A DNA stretch of 64,000 nt, taken from Octopus sinensis. Its lineage: Eukaryota. Under the pieces are notes generated by a model. It did no database searches. It saw nothing but the letters and a program-made list of their open reading frames with translations, and was not told where the DNA came from. This document shows positions 24,783 through 38,648 of this stretch, piece after piece (position 1 is the first letter of the stretch; each line of letters opens with the position of its first letter). The position numbers were made by a program, and so were the translations under genes. The stretch is from the NCBI RefSeq assembly GCF_006345805.1, contig NC_043001.1, positions 9,920,001-9,984,000 of the forward strand. Reading direction: 5' to 3'.

Positions 24783-25383
24783 AAGACGGCGAGCTGTCAG
24801 AAACGTTGGCACGGCGGGTGAAATGCTTAGTGGTATTTCGTCTGTGACTACGTTCTGAGTTCAAATTCCACCAAGGTCGACTTTGCCTTTCATCCTTTCG
24901 GCGTCGATTAAATAAGTACCAGTTTCGCAATGGGGTCAATGTAATCAACTTAATCCCTTTGTCTGTCCTTGTTTGTCCCCTCTGTGTTTAGCCCCTTGTG
25001 GGTAATAAAGAAATAGGTATTTCGTCTGTGACTACGTTCTGAGTTCAAATTCCACCAAGGTCGACTTTGCCTTTCATCCTTTCGGCGTCGATTAAATAAG
25101 TACCAGTTTCGCAATGGGGTCAATGTAATCAACTTAATCCCTTTGTCTGTCCTTGTTTGTCCCCTCTGTGTTTAGCCCCTTGTGGGTAATAAAGAAATAG
25201 GTATTTCGTCTGTGACTACGTTCTGAGTTCAAATTCCACCAAGGTCGACTTTGCCTTTCATCCTTTCGGCGTCGATTAAATAAGTACCAGTTTCGCAATG
25301 GGGTCAATGTAATCAACTTAATCCCTTTGTCTGTCCTTGTTTGTCCCCTCTGTGTTTAGCCCCTTGTGGGCAGTAAAGAAATA
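24783..25383 (+). mobile_element. SINE family B with a 184-bp body triplicated in tandem
   Basis: Head 24783-24832; units start at 24833, 25017, 25201; units 1 and 2 look identical. Confidence 0.92.
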
Positions 25384-26797
25384 TACATATGTAAGTCTAT
25401 GTGTATGTGCATGCATATGTAAAGCCATTATGTACGTTTGTGCATGTGCGTATGAGAGTGTGTGGGTCCTTGCTCTCCTTATGCGTTTATATTGCTATCA
25501 AAGTGTGTGTGTGCGCCCGTGCGCGTGAGAAGCTAATGTGTGCTTGTATATACTTTGTTGTGTGTATGTGTGCGTATATGGAGGCGTTTATGTGTGTTAG
25601 GCCGAGTATGAGGATGTAGTGTGTGTTACAGTATAACAGTGGTAGGTGTTGGGAAGTGTAGGTGTGTGGTTATATATTTTCTACCTTAAGAGTAAAAACG
25701 GATATGGATGTGTTGGAACTTGTGCGAATGTGGAGTAGGAAGAAGTGTGCATGTCTAGGTGTATGTATACACTGTTTGTGTGCGTGTGTCGTGGAAGGCC
25801 AAGAATTGCGTAATGAGTGTCAATATGCGTGGAACAAAGGTTTTAATGAAAAGGGGTCGAGATTTTAGACTGTGAGGGACTGGAGAATAGAAAGAGAAAA
25901 ATTCATTCCTGCTCCAGACGGAAATGGACTCTAGATGTCCTGTGTGCATAAACAGATGTTACAGGAAATGACCATCCGTGCAGAAAATGGTGCGACCGGA
26001 GTGTCAATACCAAGTCTGATGTCCGAAAAGCGTTTGGACAAACGGGTCAGTGCGTGGCTGACCATTTTCCAGTGTCCGAGGAGTGTTTGTGTACGTATAT
26101 ATGCGCGCGCGCACACACACATATAGCAGTGTACTATTAGGATTCTAAGAAGATCCAATACCTGGTCAATAAATCTTGGCAAATAATCGATCCTATAATA
26201 TATAAGCATATAATAAATACTCCGAATCACGGAAATACCATTATGCCCAAGTAATACGATGTAGCGAGGCTCCAAATGAATTTTGAACCATAGATCTCAG
26301 ATTCTCACAGCTTAGAATCACGACCTATTGCATCACCATGAAAGTAAATTTGTCACTAGGAAAGATGTTAGCTACTTGACTATGACTCGACCAATTAGCA
26401 CTGACTTATAGTTATTATGTTCAATGCGGTAAGCGTAAAAAGAATTGTAAGAGATTTCCCACTGAAGAATTTGTCCACCTCGACTAAAATTCCTCAACAA
26501 TATTCGCGAAACTATGTCTCTCATCTCAGTGAGTTTGTCTCTCACCCTTTTTCACTTTTTCTTAACATGTTTATGTCGTATTGGACGAAAGTCACTCAAT
26601 CTTAACTTGTTGGGTCTAATAAAGTTTATTGGTTATATGCAGTAATTTTAAAATCCTTCTACTTTGTCCTCAATATCTACGCACTTCTTTCATAATTTTA
26701 TCTTGCATGTTGTCTCACAGAAGTTTCCTATTATATTCGTAGACCCATGAATGTTATTCCATTAAATTATATATACATATTTAGATATAAACGATAC

Positions 26798-26953
26798 CTG
26801 ATAACAGAATATACGAAAACCCAGACTTGTCTTCCCATGGAGCTCGTCTAATATAGTCAATGAAGTATAAATGATTAACCATTAAATAACTCCAAATAAC
26901 CTTAATGACGATACGTTTTCTTATAACAGTCAATAAGTCTGCAGAGATGTCCT
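26798..26953 (-). CDS. candidate exon (156 nt, phase 1-1), product unknown
   Basis: ttttgtgttttgtag| .. cag|gtatcg; one open frame DISADLLTVIRKRIVIKVIWSYLMVNHLYFIDYIRRAPWEDKSGFSYILLS; no family recognised. Confidence 0.25.
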
Positions 26954-27504
26954 CTACAAAACACAAAATGTCCAGCTAGAGTCAATACTCTCTAATACTC
27001 ATTTCGAAGCAATATATCTATCTTGTTCGTACTTCCCTTGGGCCATACTCTAAGTTCGAACCACAGTGATTGGGTTTCATTTACAGACCTTAGGTGATGG
27101 CCAGCGAATTCATATATTTAAGTATGCTACCATTATCTAATGCTGTTATTACCAATATTTAAACGTGTAAAAGCAGTATTGACTGGAATCGTAAAAGCTC
27201 TATGAATATTGAATCATTATTAGTTGGTTTTTACGGATAGATTTTGAAGCATAATAGAAACTATTTAGACAAATACTGTTCTTATGACCTATAGGTTTCT
27301 GACCTCTCCATTTATAACCATCTGTAACGCTAACATCTTTTAATAAAGTCTTGCTATGTTAGAAATATTGCTTTGTGGTAGTGTACTTAGTAGAAGATTG
27401 AAATTTTGTAAATATTCAATTAATTGTAAATTATCATTCATAATATTTGTAATTTGAAATAAATGTTATCTTTATTCATATATATATATTTATTTATATA
27501 AATT

Positions 27505-27640
27505 TTCAGTTCAGTTCATTTATTTCGGCCATAATAGAACAGAACGGCAAATCACAATGTATAAATAGATTAAGAAGTGAATAAACACATTTATGGCTGC
27601 ACAGGCCGTGAAAGAGGTTAAATTGGAGGAAGGGCGTCAA
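27505..27640 (-). mobile_element. possible LINE 3' terminus with AATAAA and (TGAAC)n tail
   Basis: Minus strand ..ggccgaaataaatgaactgaactgaaa. Confidence 0.4.
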
Positions 27641-28107
27641 GAAATATTTTCAGTGGTTCTCCTAACTGGAACAACAGTAGTAAAACAGCAATAATGGTTT
27701 CTGATTTAGGCATGAGGCCAGCAATTTTGAGGACTGGGGTCTTTAATTGATACTATCGACCGAAACTTTTGACATTCAGAGAAATGAAAAGCTAAGTTGA
27801 GAGTGACAGGATTCGAACTCACAACGTAGCGATTCTGTCAATTCACCGCGTTTTGCTTTTAATTTAGGCAAAACCCAACAGTTTTGAGTGAATATGTTAG
27901 TTGGGCGGAGGTAAAGAATACGTACACCACCCGTTTTGGGCGTAACACTAACCCTAAACACTGGGTGAAATTATTCTCTACTTTCGCCATTAGTTGATGC
28001 CATAGGCCCAAGTACTTGTCTGGTACTTTATATTGTCGATCCAAAAGGTCGAAAGGCAAATTTGATCCCAAGTGATTTTCATGCACAACAAAATGCCGGA
28101 AGGTATA

Positions 28108-28312
28108 CTCTTTTACTTGTTTCAGTCATTTGACTGCGGCCATGCTGGAGCACCGCCTTTAGTCGAGCAAATCGACTCCGGGACTTATTCTTTGGAAGCC
28201 CAGTACTTATTCTATCGGTCTTTTTTGCCGAACCGCTAAGTGACGGCAACGTAAACACACCAGCATCGGTTGTCAAGCAATGCTAGGGGAACAAACACAG
28301 ACACACAACCAT

Positions 28313-28330
<18 letters not shown>
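28108..28330 (-). mobile_element. SINE family A tail half, CpG-intact
   Basis: ttgactgcggccatgctggagcaccgcctttagtcgagcaaatcgac. Confidence 0.85.
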
Positions 28331-28361
<31 letters not shown>

Positions 28362-29398
28362 TGTATGTTTGTATTTTTTCCGACGTTGCCTTCCGCAATA
28401 CGTTTTTTTGGGTTTTTTTAGCGAGGGTTATTGAATAAATATAATGAGGCCATAACCCTGATAATGTTATGTCTTCTGAGTAAACTGAGTTACGATGAAT
28501 ATCATTTAGGAAATACGATGGCAAATTAAAATGGACCGCACTGTAACAATTTATTTGCGACGCAAAAGTGAATACATCAACTGGCACAACAAAGTAGAAC
28601 TCTGTTAAAAACGTAAAATGGTTTCGAAATATTTCTCAAAGTTGAAGATAAATGTTAGAAGAAACACAAAACATTGCGTCAAAGATTCTGGTTACAAATC
28701 TCTCCTTGTTGATGCTGGAAAGTGGAATACACTACTTTCATTGTCGAAGAACCCACTCGTTCATAACCAGCGCACCTTATCAGGGAATTAGGAATGAAAT
28801 CGTCCCTTACATCAGCTGATATAGAGACTCTTAGCTAATCTATCACGTTAAGGGTGGGCAGTCCGCACAAAATCAAATGGACTTGTGACCATCACTCGAT
28901 AAACCGAATACTATGCTTCTACTTAGAAGTCGAACTAGTTTGCATCGATATAATTCTTATTTCTTCGTCATAGTTTTGGACAGTTTAGTTAGAAAGAAAC
29001 TTAAAACAATCTAATTTTTATTAACTGCCTGCTCCCTTTAAAATCCTCATAGCCCACTCCGAGTCCAATTAAATGCACCGGTCAAATGTTTAATGTTATA
29101 TATAGTTTTATTTTTATTGGTAACTTAGGAACACGTACAACAACGTTCACGTATTTTTTTAGAAGACAGTAAGATACTATTAGGATATTTGGCTGCTATT
29201 TCTTGCGGGTTAAGACATCGCTTAGAGGCTTGTTCGTTAACTTATAATTGAGCAATTGTTTTGTATTCGTTATGAAACAAAAATTTGACCGAAAATTTTA
29301 CTAATGACCGGTCAGTCTTTTATTCAAAGGGTCAATTTAAGATTATATTATTCTAAGTGACATTCCTTTTTTTAAAGAGGGCATGGATTGATGTAATA

Positions 29399-30156
29399 CC
29401 TATTTCTTTACTACCCACAAGGGACTAAACATAGAGGGGACAAACAAGGAGCAACGGATTAAGTTGATTACATCGACTCCAGTGCGTAACTGGTACTTAA
29501 TTTTATCGACCCCGAAAAGATGAAAGGCAAAGTCGACCTCGGCGGAATTTGAACTCAGAACGTAGCGGTAGACGAAATACCTATTTCTTTACTGCCCACA
29601 AGGGGCTAAACTCAGATGGGACAAACAAGGACAGACAAGGGGATTAAGTTGTTTACATCGACCCCAGTGCGAAACTGGTACTTTATTTATCGACCCCGAA
29701 AGGATGAAGAGCGAAGTCGACCTCGGCGGAATTTGAACTCAGAACGTAGCGGTAGACGAAATACCTATTTCTTTACTATCCACAAGGGGCTAAACACCGA
29801 GGGGACAAACAAGGACAGACAAAAGGATTAAGTCGATTATATGTTTCTTTATTGCCCATAAGGGGCCAAACACAGAGGGGACAAACAAGGACAGATAAAT
29901 GGATTAAATCGATTACATCGACCCCAGTGCGTAACTGGTACTTAATTTATCGACCCCGAAAGGATGAAAGGCAAAGTCGACCTCGGAGGAATTTGAACTC
30001 AGAACGCAACGACAGACGCAATACCGCTAAGCATTTCGCCCGGTGTGCTAACGTTTCTGCATCGACCCCAGTGCGTAACTGGTACTTATTTAATCGACCT
30101 CGAAAGGATGAAAGGCAAAGTCGACCTCGGTGGAATTCGAACTCAGAACGTAGCAG
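29399..30156 (-). mobile_element. SINE family B multimer (~4.5 non-identical units) inside a 14-bp TSD
   Basis: GGATTGATGTAATA at 29385-29398 and 30157-30170; units joined at GAAATACC|TATTTC. Confidence 0.88.
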
Positions 30157-30834
30157 GGATTGATGTAATATGAGATTACGTAAAGGCACTAAGCGGCCTT
30201 TTTTTTTTTTACCCATAATGCACAGCGTTAGTCGTCTGCTACCATTTGTACTCGAAATTCTAATCCGTCCACATTTTTTTATGATCAGAAAACCTTTCGG
30301 AAGAATTCGTAATGTTTTATTTTGATCAAAAAGTTCGAGTATTTATATTTTATAGGTAAAAATATATTTTAACGGCGTAAAATTTTCAATGTCACCTTTG
30401 AAATTTTTGTTTGATTTCCTTTTGTTACGGTCAGAATCTCGATAACAGGAAAAATAATAATAATAAGTCTTTTAAAAATAATGCAAAGACTGTTTTGTGT
30501 TGGAAACTTCAGTATGCTTTCAATCCATTGTTTTTAATTTTTTCTTCTTCATTTCCATTCCACCAAATAACTTAAATAACGCACGACAGCCATCATCGCA
30601 TCCCTTTTAATACACGAAAACATGCTGAGTTTCAAAGGAAATTTGGCTCCATTGAAGAATACTTGTGCGAAATAATGAAAGTGATGTTCGCTCGATAATG
30701 AAAGCATTAGTCGTTGCTTAAGTACGGCTTCACTTTCTATAATGAAAGTACTGTGAGCAGGAAAGTTTTAGTATTCCGAACTCATTCAGTTTTTTTACTT
30801 TCTCACAATGTTTTCTATTCAAACGATGACCAGG

Positions 30835-31670
<836 letters not shown>

Positions 31671-32137
31671 TAAAGTGTGTAACTTGTTAAGTTGAATGAC
31701 ATTTTCATCTTAAAATGCATCAGCATTCCAAATTTTACTGAAAACATTTTTATTATTTCTTACAATTTTGTCTCAGAACAATTTTCTCAAATGTTTTCAA
31801 TCCAAGCGATAAGCCGTTAGGAAAATACAATGTGTTTAATAAATATATTATTTTGTGCATAACTACAGACGTGTCCCAGTCCACCTCGACTTTGTTTCCT
31901 CATAACTTCTGAAAAATAGATACTTTTAAAATGAAATTTCCTGCTGGTATATTAGAGCACACCTAACAAGTGCAGCCTACCCCAATCCGACTTTGCTTCC
32001 TCATAACTTTCAGTAAAATGGACATTTGTAAATAAAATTTTCTCCATTTTCCTTTCAGATAGTGTTGATTACAATTATATCGGATTTTAATGTGGGGGTG
32101 GGGTGATAGCCTCCTTCACATACATACAGACACATCA

Positions 32138-32730
32138 AATCATTGGATCTTTACCTTTTGACAAACAGATTAAAAAAAAGAAAATTTTTGTGACTAGACA
32201 CTTTCAAACTTCGGACACTGGTAGAATGTGTCATATAAAACATCTTTTACTCTTAGCATTTTTGAGAAAAACTTATATATACGAAGTTATTTCACGTTAA
32301 AGTTGTCCTATTTTGGTAATTTCAACCAATCAATGATGTGTATTCAACTGAACAAAATTACTTCTGTTGTTTGTCGACAACAACTATTGCTTTTTGTCAC
32401 TGTTCCCAAAACCCTAACCCTAAAACCTTGAAACCTGTACAAACGCATGAACAATGTCATAAATAACAGTGACAAACGAAAAATACACCACCGATAGTTG
32501 TTCAACAATGGCAGTAATTTTGTTCAGTTGAATACATCTCATTGATTGGTTGAAATTACCAAAATACGAGAACTTTAACGTGAAATAACTTCGTAAATAT
32601 AAGTTTTCCTCAAAAATGCTAAGAGTAAAAGATGTTTTATATGACACATTCTACCAGTGTCCGATGTTTGAAAGTGTTTAGTTACAAAAAATTAATTTTT
32701 AATTCTGTAGGTTCAAAGGCAAAGATCCCA
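32138..32730. mobile_element. foldback/MITE-like element with ~230-bp TIRs
   Basis: ~32138-32367 is the reverse complement of ~32500-32730 (ends GGATCTTT(A/G)CCTTT); the core contains ACCCTAACCCTAA. Confidence 0.8.
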
Positions 32731-33270
32731 ACTTTGTTTCCTCATAACTTTCAGTAAAATGGACATTTGTAAATAAAATGTTCTCCACTTTCTTTTCAGA
32801 TTGTGTAGATTACAATTATATTGGAATTTAATGTTGGAAAGAAAAAAAAATGGTAGCCTCCTTCACATACATAAAAACGCATCAAATCATTTTCTTTTCC
32901 AAATTCTTTTGTGTGTGCCAGTATGTATGTATGGGGCGCCCACCCATTTTTTTCCACATAAAATTCCAATAATTCTTTTATGATCATAAACTGCAATATC
33001 TGAAAGATTTTATAGAAAATTTATTAAATAATACCCATTTTTCTGGAAGTTATGAAGAAACCATTGCCGTGATAGGTGGTGACCACATCTGCAGTTGTGC
33101 CTTATTTTGCTTTCATCATTCATAATTGATCACATTTTCATTCTTCAAAAATTGAAGTACAGCTCTTAAAATCCCTAGAAATTATTCAATCATCTGCAAA
33201 CTGAGACGGGGAAGACTACCCTGTAATTTGGCAGAATATGTAGAAAACCTTCATTTTATTTGTTCTAAAC

Positions 33271-33496
33271 CAGTAGTGGTTCTTAACCATTGCTTACAGA
33301 CTCTTGTGGTTTCTGTTCTACACATATGGACCCTCAGAGCCATTCGATGACTGAAAAATTCTATATTTTTATAATTACATATTGTTAGGAATTGTATTTA
33401 AAAAAAAGAAAAACGAAAATATTATGTATATTGTAGCAGTATAACCAGTCTATGTGGACCCGCAAGGGTCATGTGGATCCCGTTTGAGAACCACTG
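33271..33496. mobile_element. hAT (Charlie-like) MITE
   Basis: CAGT(AGT)GGTTCTTAACC .. GTTTGAGAACCACTG; flanks TTCTAAAC / TTCTGAAT (degenerate 8-bp TSD). Confidence 0.7.
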
Positions 33497-34966
33497 TTCT
33501 GAATGAGGCATAAATTTATAGATCTTAGCATTATTATAAGGTGGCGATGTGGCAGAATCGTTAGCACGCCGGGCAAAATGCTAGTTGGCATTTCGTCTGT
33601 CTTTATGTTCTGAGTTTCAAGAAATAATGGTGGAAATAAAGAATACGCACACCACTTGAATTGATATCATTGTTAGATATCTCGGTTATTCTATTTCCTT
33701 CTATAGTTTAAATTTGATAAAACGCATAACACTCGAACACATAATATACAGAAATATTAGTACAGATTCTTTAGCTACAACAAAACCACCAAAATTGAGC
33801 AGAATTATTTTAACTTCGATTAATTGATAAAACTTCCTTGAATGAACGAGAGAAGATTTGAAAATTTCTGGGTGGGGATGGGCGAAACGAAATGATTTTA
33901 AACATACTTATCTTTATTATTAATTTATACTAATTCTGTACTCTGTTCTTATTAAAATAAATATATTAGACCAAAGTTGTCAATATTTATCGTAATATGA
34001 ATTCGTTAAAAATTCTCTATATTTTGTCTTTATCTGTTCTGAATTATATCGATAATTATTTTTGTATTTGTTTTGGAAGAAAAAAATGTATAAATTAGGA
34101 AAAAAGAAAGGAAAAATTAGATTAGTTTATTTCAAAGGCTTTAAGCTGCTTAAGTTTATACATTGCCATTCTTGTTTACAGAATTGAGCTATATTTTGTT
34201 GCCTTATGGGTGTTAGTTAAGTGAGTTATATTTCATTACCTGAAGCGTATTGGTTTTGCAAAACTCGAAAAAAAAAAAAAAAAAATGGACAAAATACTTA
34301 GCTTAACTACTTTCCAGAGCAGTCTTGGAGTATGACATACCAAATTCACCCAAGCAAAGCCATCTGTAGCACTATTTTCTTAAACGTTGTTGCATATTAG
34401 GACTGGCTTGTTTATCATTGGGTGTGACTGACCTGCACTCGCATTGGTATAATTGACCGTATCTCTGCTAAGAAACCTGTGATAGTGTTTTGATATTAAG
34501 GGATGATAAGTTCAGGTCTTACTAAGTTCAATAAAATAAAACTGATTTAATCGATCCTATTATCTGATAAGATTTCGCTACCATATAATCAATCGGAGAA
34601 ACCACTATTTTTGTGTACTGTCGTTTTTCATGCTTTCCCCACCTTGTACAATCGATTCCACATAAATTCCGACCATATTTGCATCTCATCTGCCGGCCTT
34701 ATGACAAATAATAATTATTACTATGGCAAAATTGCAGGGCATCAGACAAATTGCCTTTGTAGTCTGAGTTTCATTCTTGTGAAAGTCAATGAAAGGAAGG
34801 TGGGGCTGGTAAAATAAGGTGAGTGATGTGATTTGAGAGGAATACATCAGATTAGTGTTCAGCACTCTAATCTATGAACAGTAAGTACAGTTGTATATTT
34901 AAGAGATGAGGTATTATGTACATTATTTACATTTGACGGATATTTGTCCTCATCTTGTTTGATGTT

Positions 34967-35012
34967 AACACAACATTTCAGCTGATATACCCTCCAGCCA
35001 TCATCAGGTGTC
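34967..35012 (-). ncRNA. minimal type I hammerhead motif
   Basis: GACAC CUGAUGA U GGCUG gaggguauau CAGCU GAAA UG UU GUGUU: stem I GACAC/GUGUU, stem II 5 bp, loopless stem III. Confidence 0.75.
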
Positions 35013-35075
35013 TTGGGGAAATTTCGAACCTGGGTTCTCATTTGTAAGGTATTTTTCGATGTTGTTATTATTATT

Positions 35076-35258
35076 CGTAAAAAGCACCCACTACACTCTC
35101 GGAGTGGTTGGCGTTAGGAAGGGCATCCAGCTGTAGAAACACTGCCAGATCAAGATTGAAGCCTGGTGCAGCCATCTGGTTTGCCAGCCCACAGTCATTC
35201 ATCCAATCCATGCTAGCATGGAAAACGGATGTTAAATGATGATGATGATGATGATGAT
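35076..35258 (+). mobile_element. SINE family C inserted into the tRNA-HHR element
   Basis: cgtaaaaagcacccactacactctcggag..gttaaatgatgatgat. Confidence 0.88.
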
Positions 35259-35713
35259 GTTACTGCCTGGAATTGAACTCGGAATCTTGGGGTTAGTAGC
35301 CTGCACTCTTAACCACTAATGAAGGCTGGAGGGTATATCAGCTGAAATGTATTAACAACAAACCAGATTGGGATGAATATCCATTAAATGTAAATAATAA
35401 GCAGTAAGGTCTCTATATGTAATAAAGTGAATTGTAAAATTTTGATAAACTGGGATTATTCGCTCAATCAGTGGATAAAAATCTTTTTGGCGGGTATTTT
35501 GGTGCTCTTGATGTGGTGTTGGCACAGATGCTTCTTATTTGGTGCCAGCGAGAAAAAATGGTCTTAGTTATATTTCTTGGTTATTTTAGAGTTTGAACAG
35601 CTTCAAGGGAGTTTTGCTGACTTCAAGAATCTGAGTTAATCTAAGTTTTTCGACTTACTATATAACATAAGATTCTACTGTATGTGAATGAAATAAAATA
35701 GTGGGATTGTAAC

Positions 35714-36097
35714 TTGGCTGTGTGGTAAGAAGCTTGCTTCCCAATCACATGGTTCCGGGTTCAGTCCCACTGCATGGCACCTTGGGCAAGTGTTTTCCAC
35801 TATATATAGCCTCGGGCCGACCAAAGTCTTGTGAGTCGATTTCTTAGACGGAAACTGAAAGAAGCTCGTCAAATACATACATGCACACACACGTATGTAT
35901 ATGTGTGTGTGTTTGTCCCCCCCCCCTCCATCGCTTGACAACCAATGTTGGTGTATCTAAGTCCCCGTAACTTAGCGGTCTGACAAAATACACTGACAGA
36001 ATAAGTACTAGGCTTACAAAGAATAAGTCCTGGGCCACTTTGTTCGACTAAAGGCGGTACTCCAGCATGGCCGCAATCAAAATGACTGAAGCAAGTC
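35714..36097 (+). mobile_element. SINE family A copy
   Basis: Head-microsatellite-tail layout. Confidence 0.85.
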
Positions 36098-37285
36098 ACT
36101 ATATCTGTTCTTACAGCGTGACATTGAAGATAGCAGGGTTGGTAGAGAGTGTCAAATGAAATGCTTAACAACCTGAGTTCAATGGCTAATGAAATTCTTC
36201 AGGTGCTTGATGACATAACTGGCAGTTAAGTACAAGTGATGATTAGATTATAATTGATTGCTCCAGTGGAACATTTGAAGTCTTGTTGCTTATTATATTA
36301 AATATTTTATAACCAGATTCAGATTGATTGTCCTACAGTCTCACCTGCTTCGTACCATCCTCACCAAGCCCGTATAGTTTAGTGGCCTGGCCTAATAATC
36401 AATATTGCTTAACATAACCAAACAATAATTATACATACATATATACAACATAAAAACTAAATAATTTTAAGTAATAAATGTTGAATGGAGATATTTGTTA
36501 TTAATTAATTAATTGTGATAGATAAACAAGATAGGTGGTTGTTGATATAATAATTAAGTTTAGAAACAAAACAGTGAAGTGTTATTTTTTCATCTTCTGA
36601 CAAAGAAAACAATTCGACACAATTAAAATTAAATAGAATTAGAAAATAGAAAAAAAAAAAATTTACGAATTTTAATAAATCTTTCAAAACTAAAACACAC
36701 TATGAATGCTGAAAAAAATATACAAGAGAGAAAGAGAGAACTGTCAGAAGCTATTTATTTTAACTATTAATATCTACATATTTAATAACCACATTCTGTT
36801 TTCCTTTTGTTCATATATTACTTATATATTATTTACTCATATTAAATTATTTTGGTTTCGTTCATAGAAATGTCATTCCAGATTACAAAAAAAAAAGACT
36901 AACCTTGTAATATTTTGATCTCAATAGGAATGTCCTTCTATATGAACAATTCCATGACCTCCACCTCCACCAGTGGTTCTGATTAAAATTTAAAATAAAA
37001 TTTTTTATATTCATCTATCTAATGTGTAGCTGATTGAAAACTCTAAAAAAACAAAAATCTGTTCAATTTCTTCGTTGGCCTTAAGTGTTTCATTTTGTTT
37101 TGTTTTTTAATGATAAAAATCAATTAAAAGATTGATAAAGTAAATGTTTACTTGTTTTTTGATATGAAAAAAATTTTTTGTACATTTTCATATTGCAGTT
37201 TGTCAACGAATACAAGTAGATGCAATAAAATACAGAACCTGTAAATCATGAGACAGAAGTAGATGTGAATAGGGGGGTCTTAATC

Positions 37286-37684
37286 CAGTGGTTTCTGACC
37301 TGTGGTCCGTAAAGGTAGTACTGGGGGGGGGGGGTCTGAACTAAATTCAGAATTTCATATACATGCATACATAAGGATAAGCATATTAAAAGGGGTCTAT
37401 AGGGAAAGCTCATTCAAATAAATAAAAGGGGTCCGTGGGAAAGCTCATTTAAATAAATGAAAGGGGTCCATGACAAAGCTCATTTAAATAAAAGGGGTCT
37501 GTGAGAAAGCTCGTTTAAATAAAAGGGGTCCATGGGAAAGCTCATCGTCATTTAACGTCCGTTTTCCGAGCTAGCATGGGTTGGACGGTTCAACAGGGGT
37601 CTGGGAAACCAGGAGGCTACACCAGGCTCCAGTACTCATTTAAATAAAAAGGGTCCTTTGTAGTGAAAAGGTTATGAATCACTG
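37286..37684. mobile_element. hAT-like MITE with internal ~33-bp minisatellite (x6) and SINE C fragment (37546-37633)
   Basis: CAGTGGTTTCTGACC .. GGTTATGAATCACTG; units aaaaggggtc..gggaaagctcatttaaat. Confidence 0.7.
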
Positions 37685-38162
37685 GTTAGTCCTTAATGAG
37701 ATTGTGAATGGCAATGAAAGGACTAACTTAAATGAAAGGAAAAAAAATTGATTTTTCATATCTTAAAGTAGCATTTTTTATTTTGTTTTTAAGTCTTAAA
37801 AGCCCCTCCATGGTCACTTGATTTCTAGAAATATCAGCTAAATCACAAATACTATTGAAGCCTATCATCTTATCAGTAAAATGATCCTAGTTTCCAGAAA
37901 AAAAAAATAATATAACCTGAAATATTTACAAGTGGAATGCCTCTTATCATGGTCTGCTCTGTAAACTTTAGTCTGTAACAACAGTAAATTCTTCACTAAT
38001 TCATTGAAACTAAAAATCTGACCTGATAACTGTGGATGAATTGTGGAAGCTGACAGTACTTTTTCATTGACAATACTTCTTTTCCCAAGCTGCTGAAAGC
38101 TCTTGTTTGACCAGAGTAGAGTTGATGAGGATACACTTAATATGTCTATTAACTTTAGCATT

Positions 38163-38648
38163 TTAACCCTTTTGTTACCAAACCGCCCAAAGCCGCCTGA
38201 AAAAAATTCTGACTCATGTGACCAAGCTGCCCAAAACCGCCCATAATCACCTATTCATATTTAAATGAGAATATCAGAGCAAATCTCATTAGTACATTCG
38301 TGAAAACACATGATTATACTTCGTAAACAGTTCATCTACAGTTTTGTACAACGATCGACATGTAATTTTCATTCTGTGAATTTTGGGAGATTTTTTTCCA
38401 AATTTGTTCCTGTTGTGTTTTCAAAATTTGTAATTCTGACAAAAAAATGGATACAAATTTTATTCTGTCAAATGTAACTCTTATTTATTCATATTGTTTA
38501 GAATTAATGAAGCATTATCTCATAGTTTTGAGATTTCAGTGATATATGGCATTGTAGAGTAGGTGTGAGATATCACATCTGAAAAGTTTGGACAGAAAAG
38601 AAAGATTATTTTGGCCGGATATGCTTGATTTCAATGCTAAAGGGTTGA
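38163..38648. mobile_element. piggyBac-type MITE, longer variant
   Basis: TTAACCCTTTTGTTAC .. TGCTAAAGGGTTGA; 3' part similar to 41406-41634. Confidence 0.65.

Larger units (their letters stand above)
34885..35398 (-). mobile_element. tRNA-headed short element with HHR-containing PLE-like tail and inverted 5' tail copy
   Basis: Head 35318-35259 (TAGTGGTTAAG A-box, GAGTTCAATTCC B-box); tail 35075-34885; 35319-35398 is an inverted copy of ~35003-34923. Confidence 0.75.

Noticed and set aside
26455-26525. CTGAAGA..GAAACTATGTC hammerhead-like match
   Set aside because: Stem I and the base of stem II do not pair; probably chance
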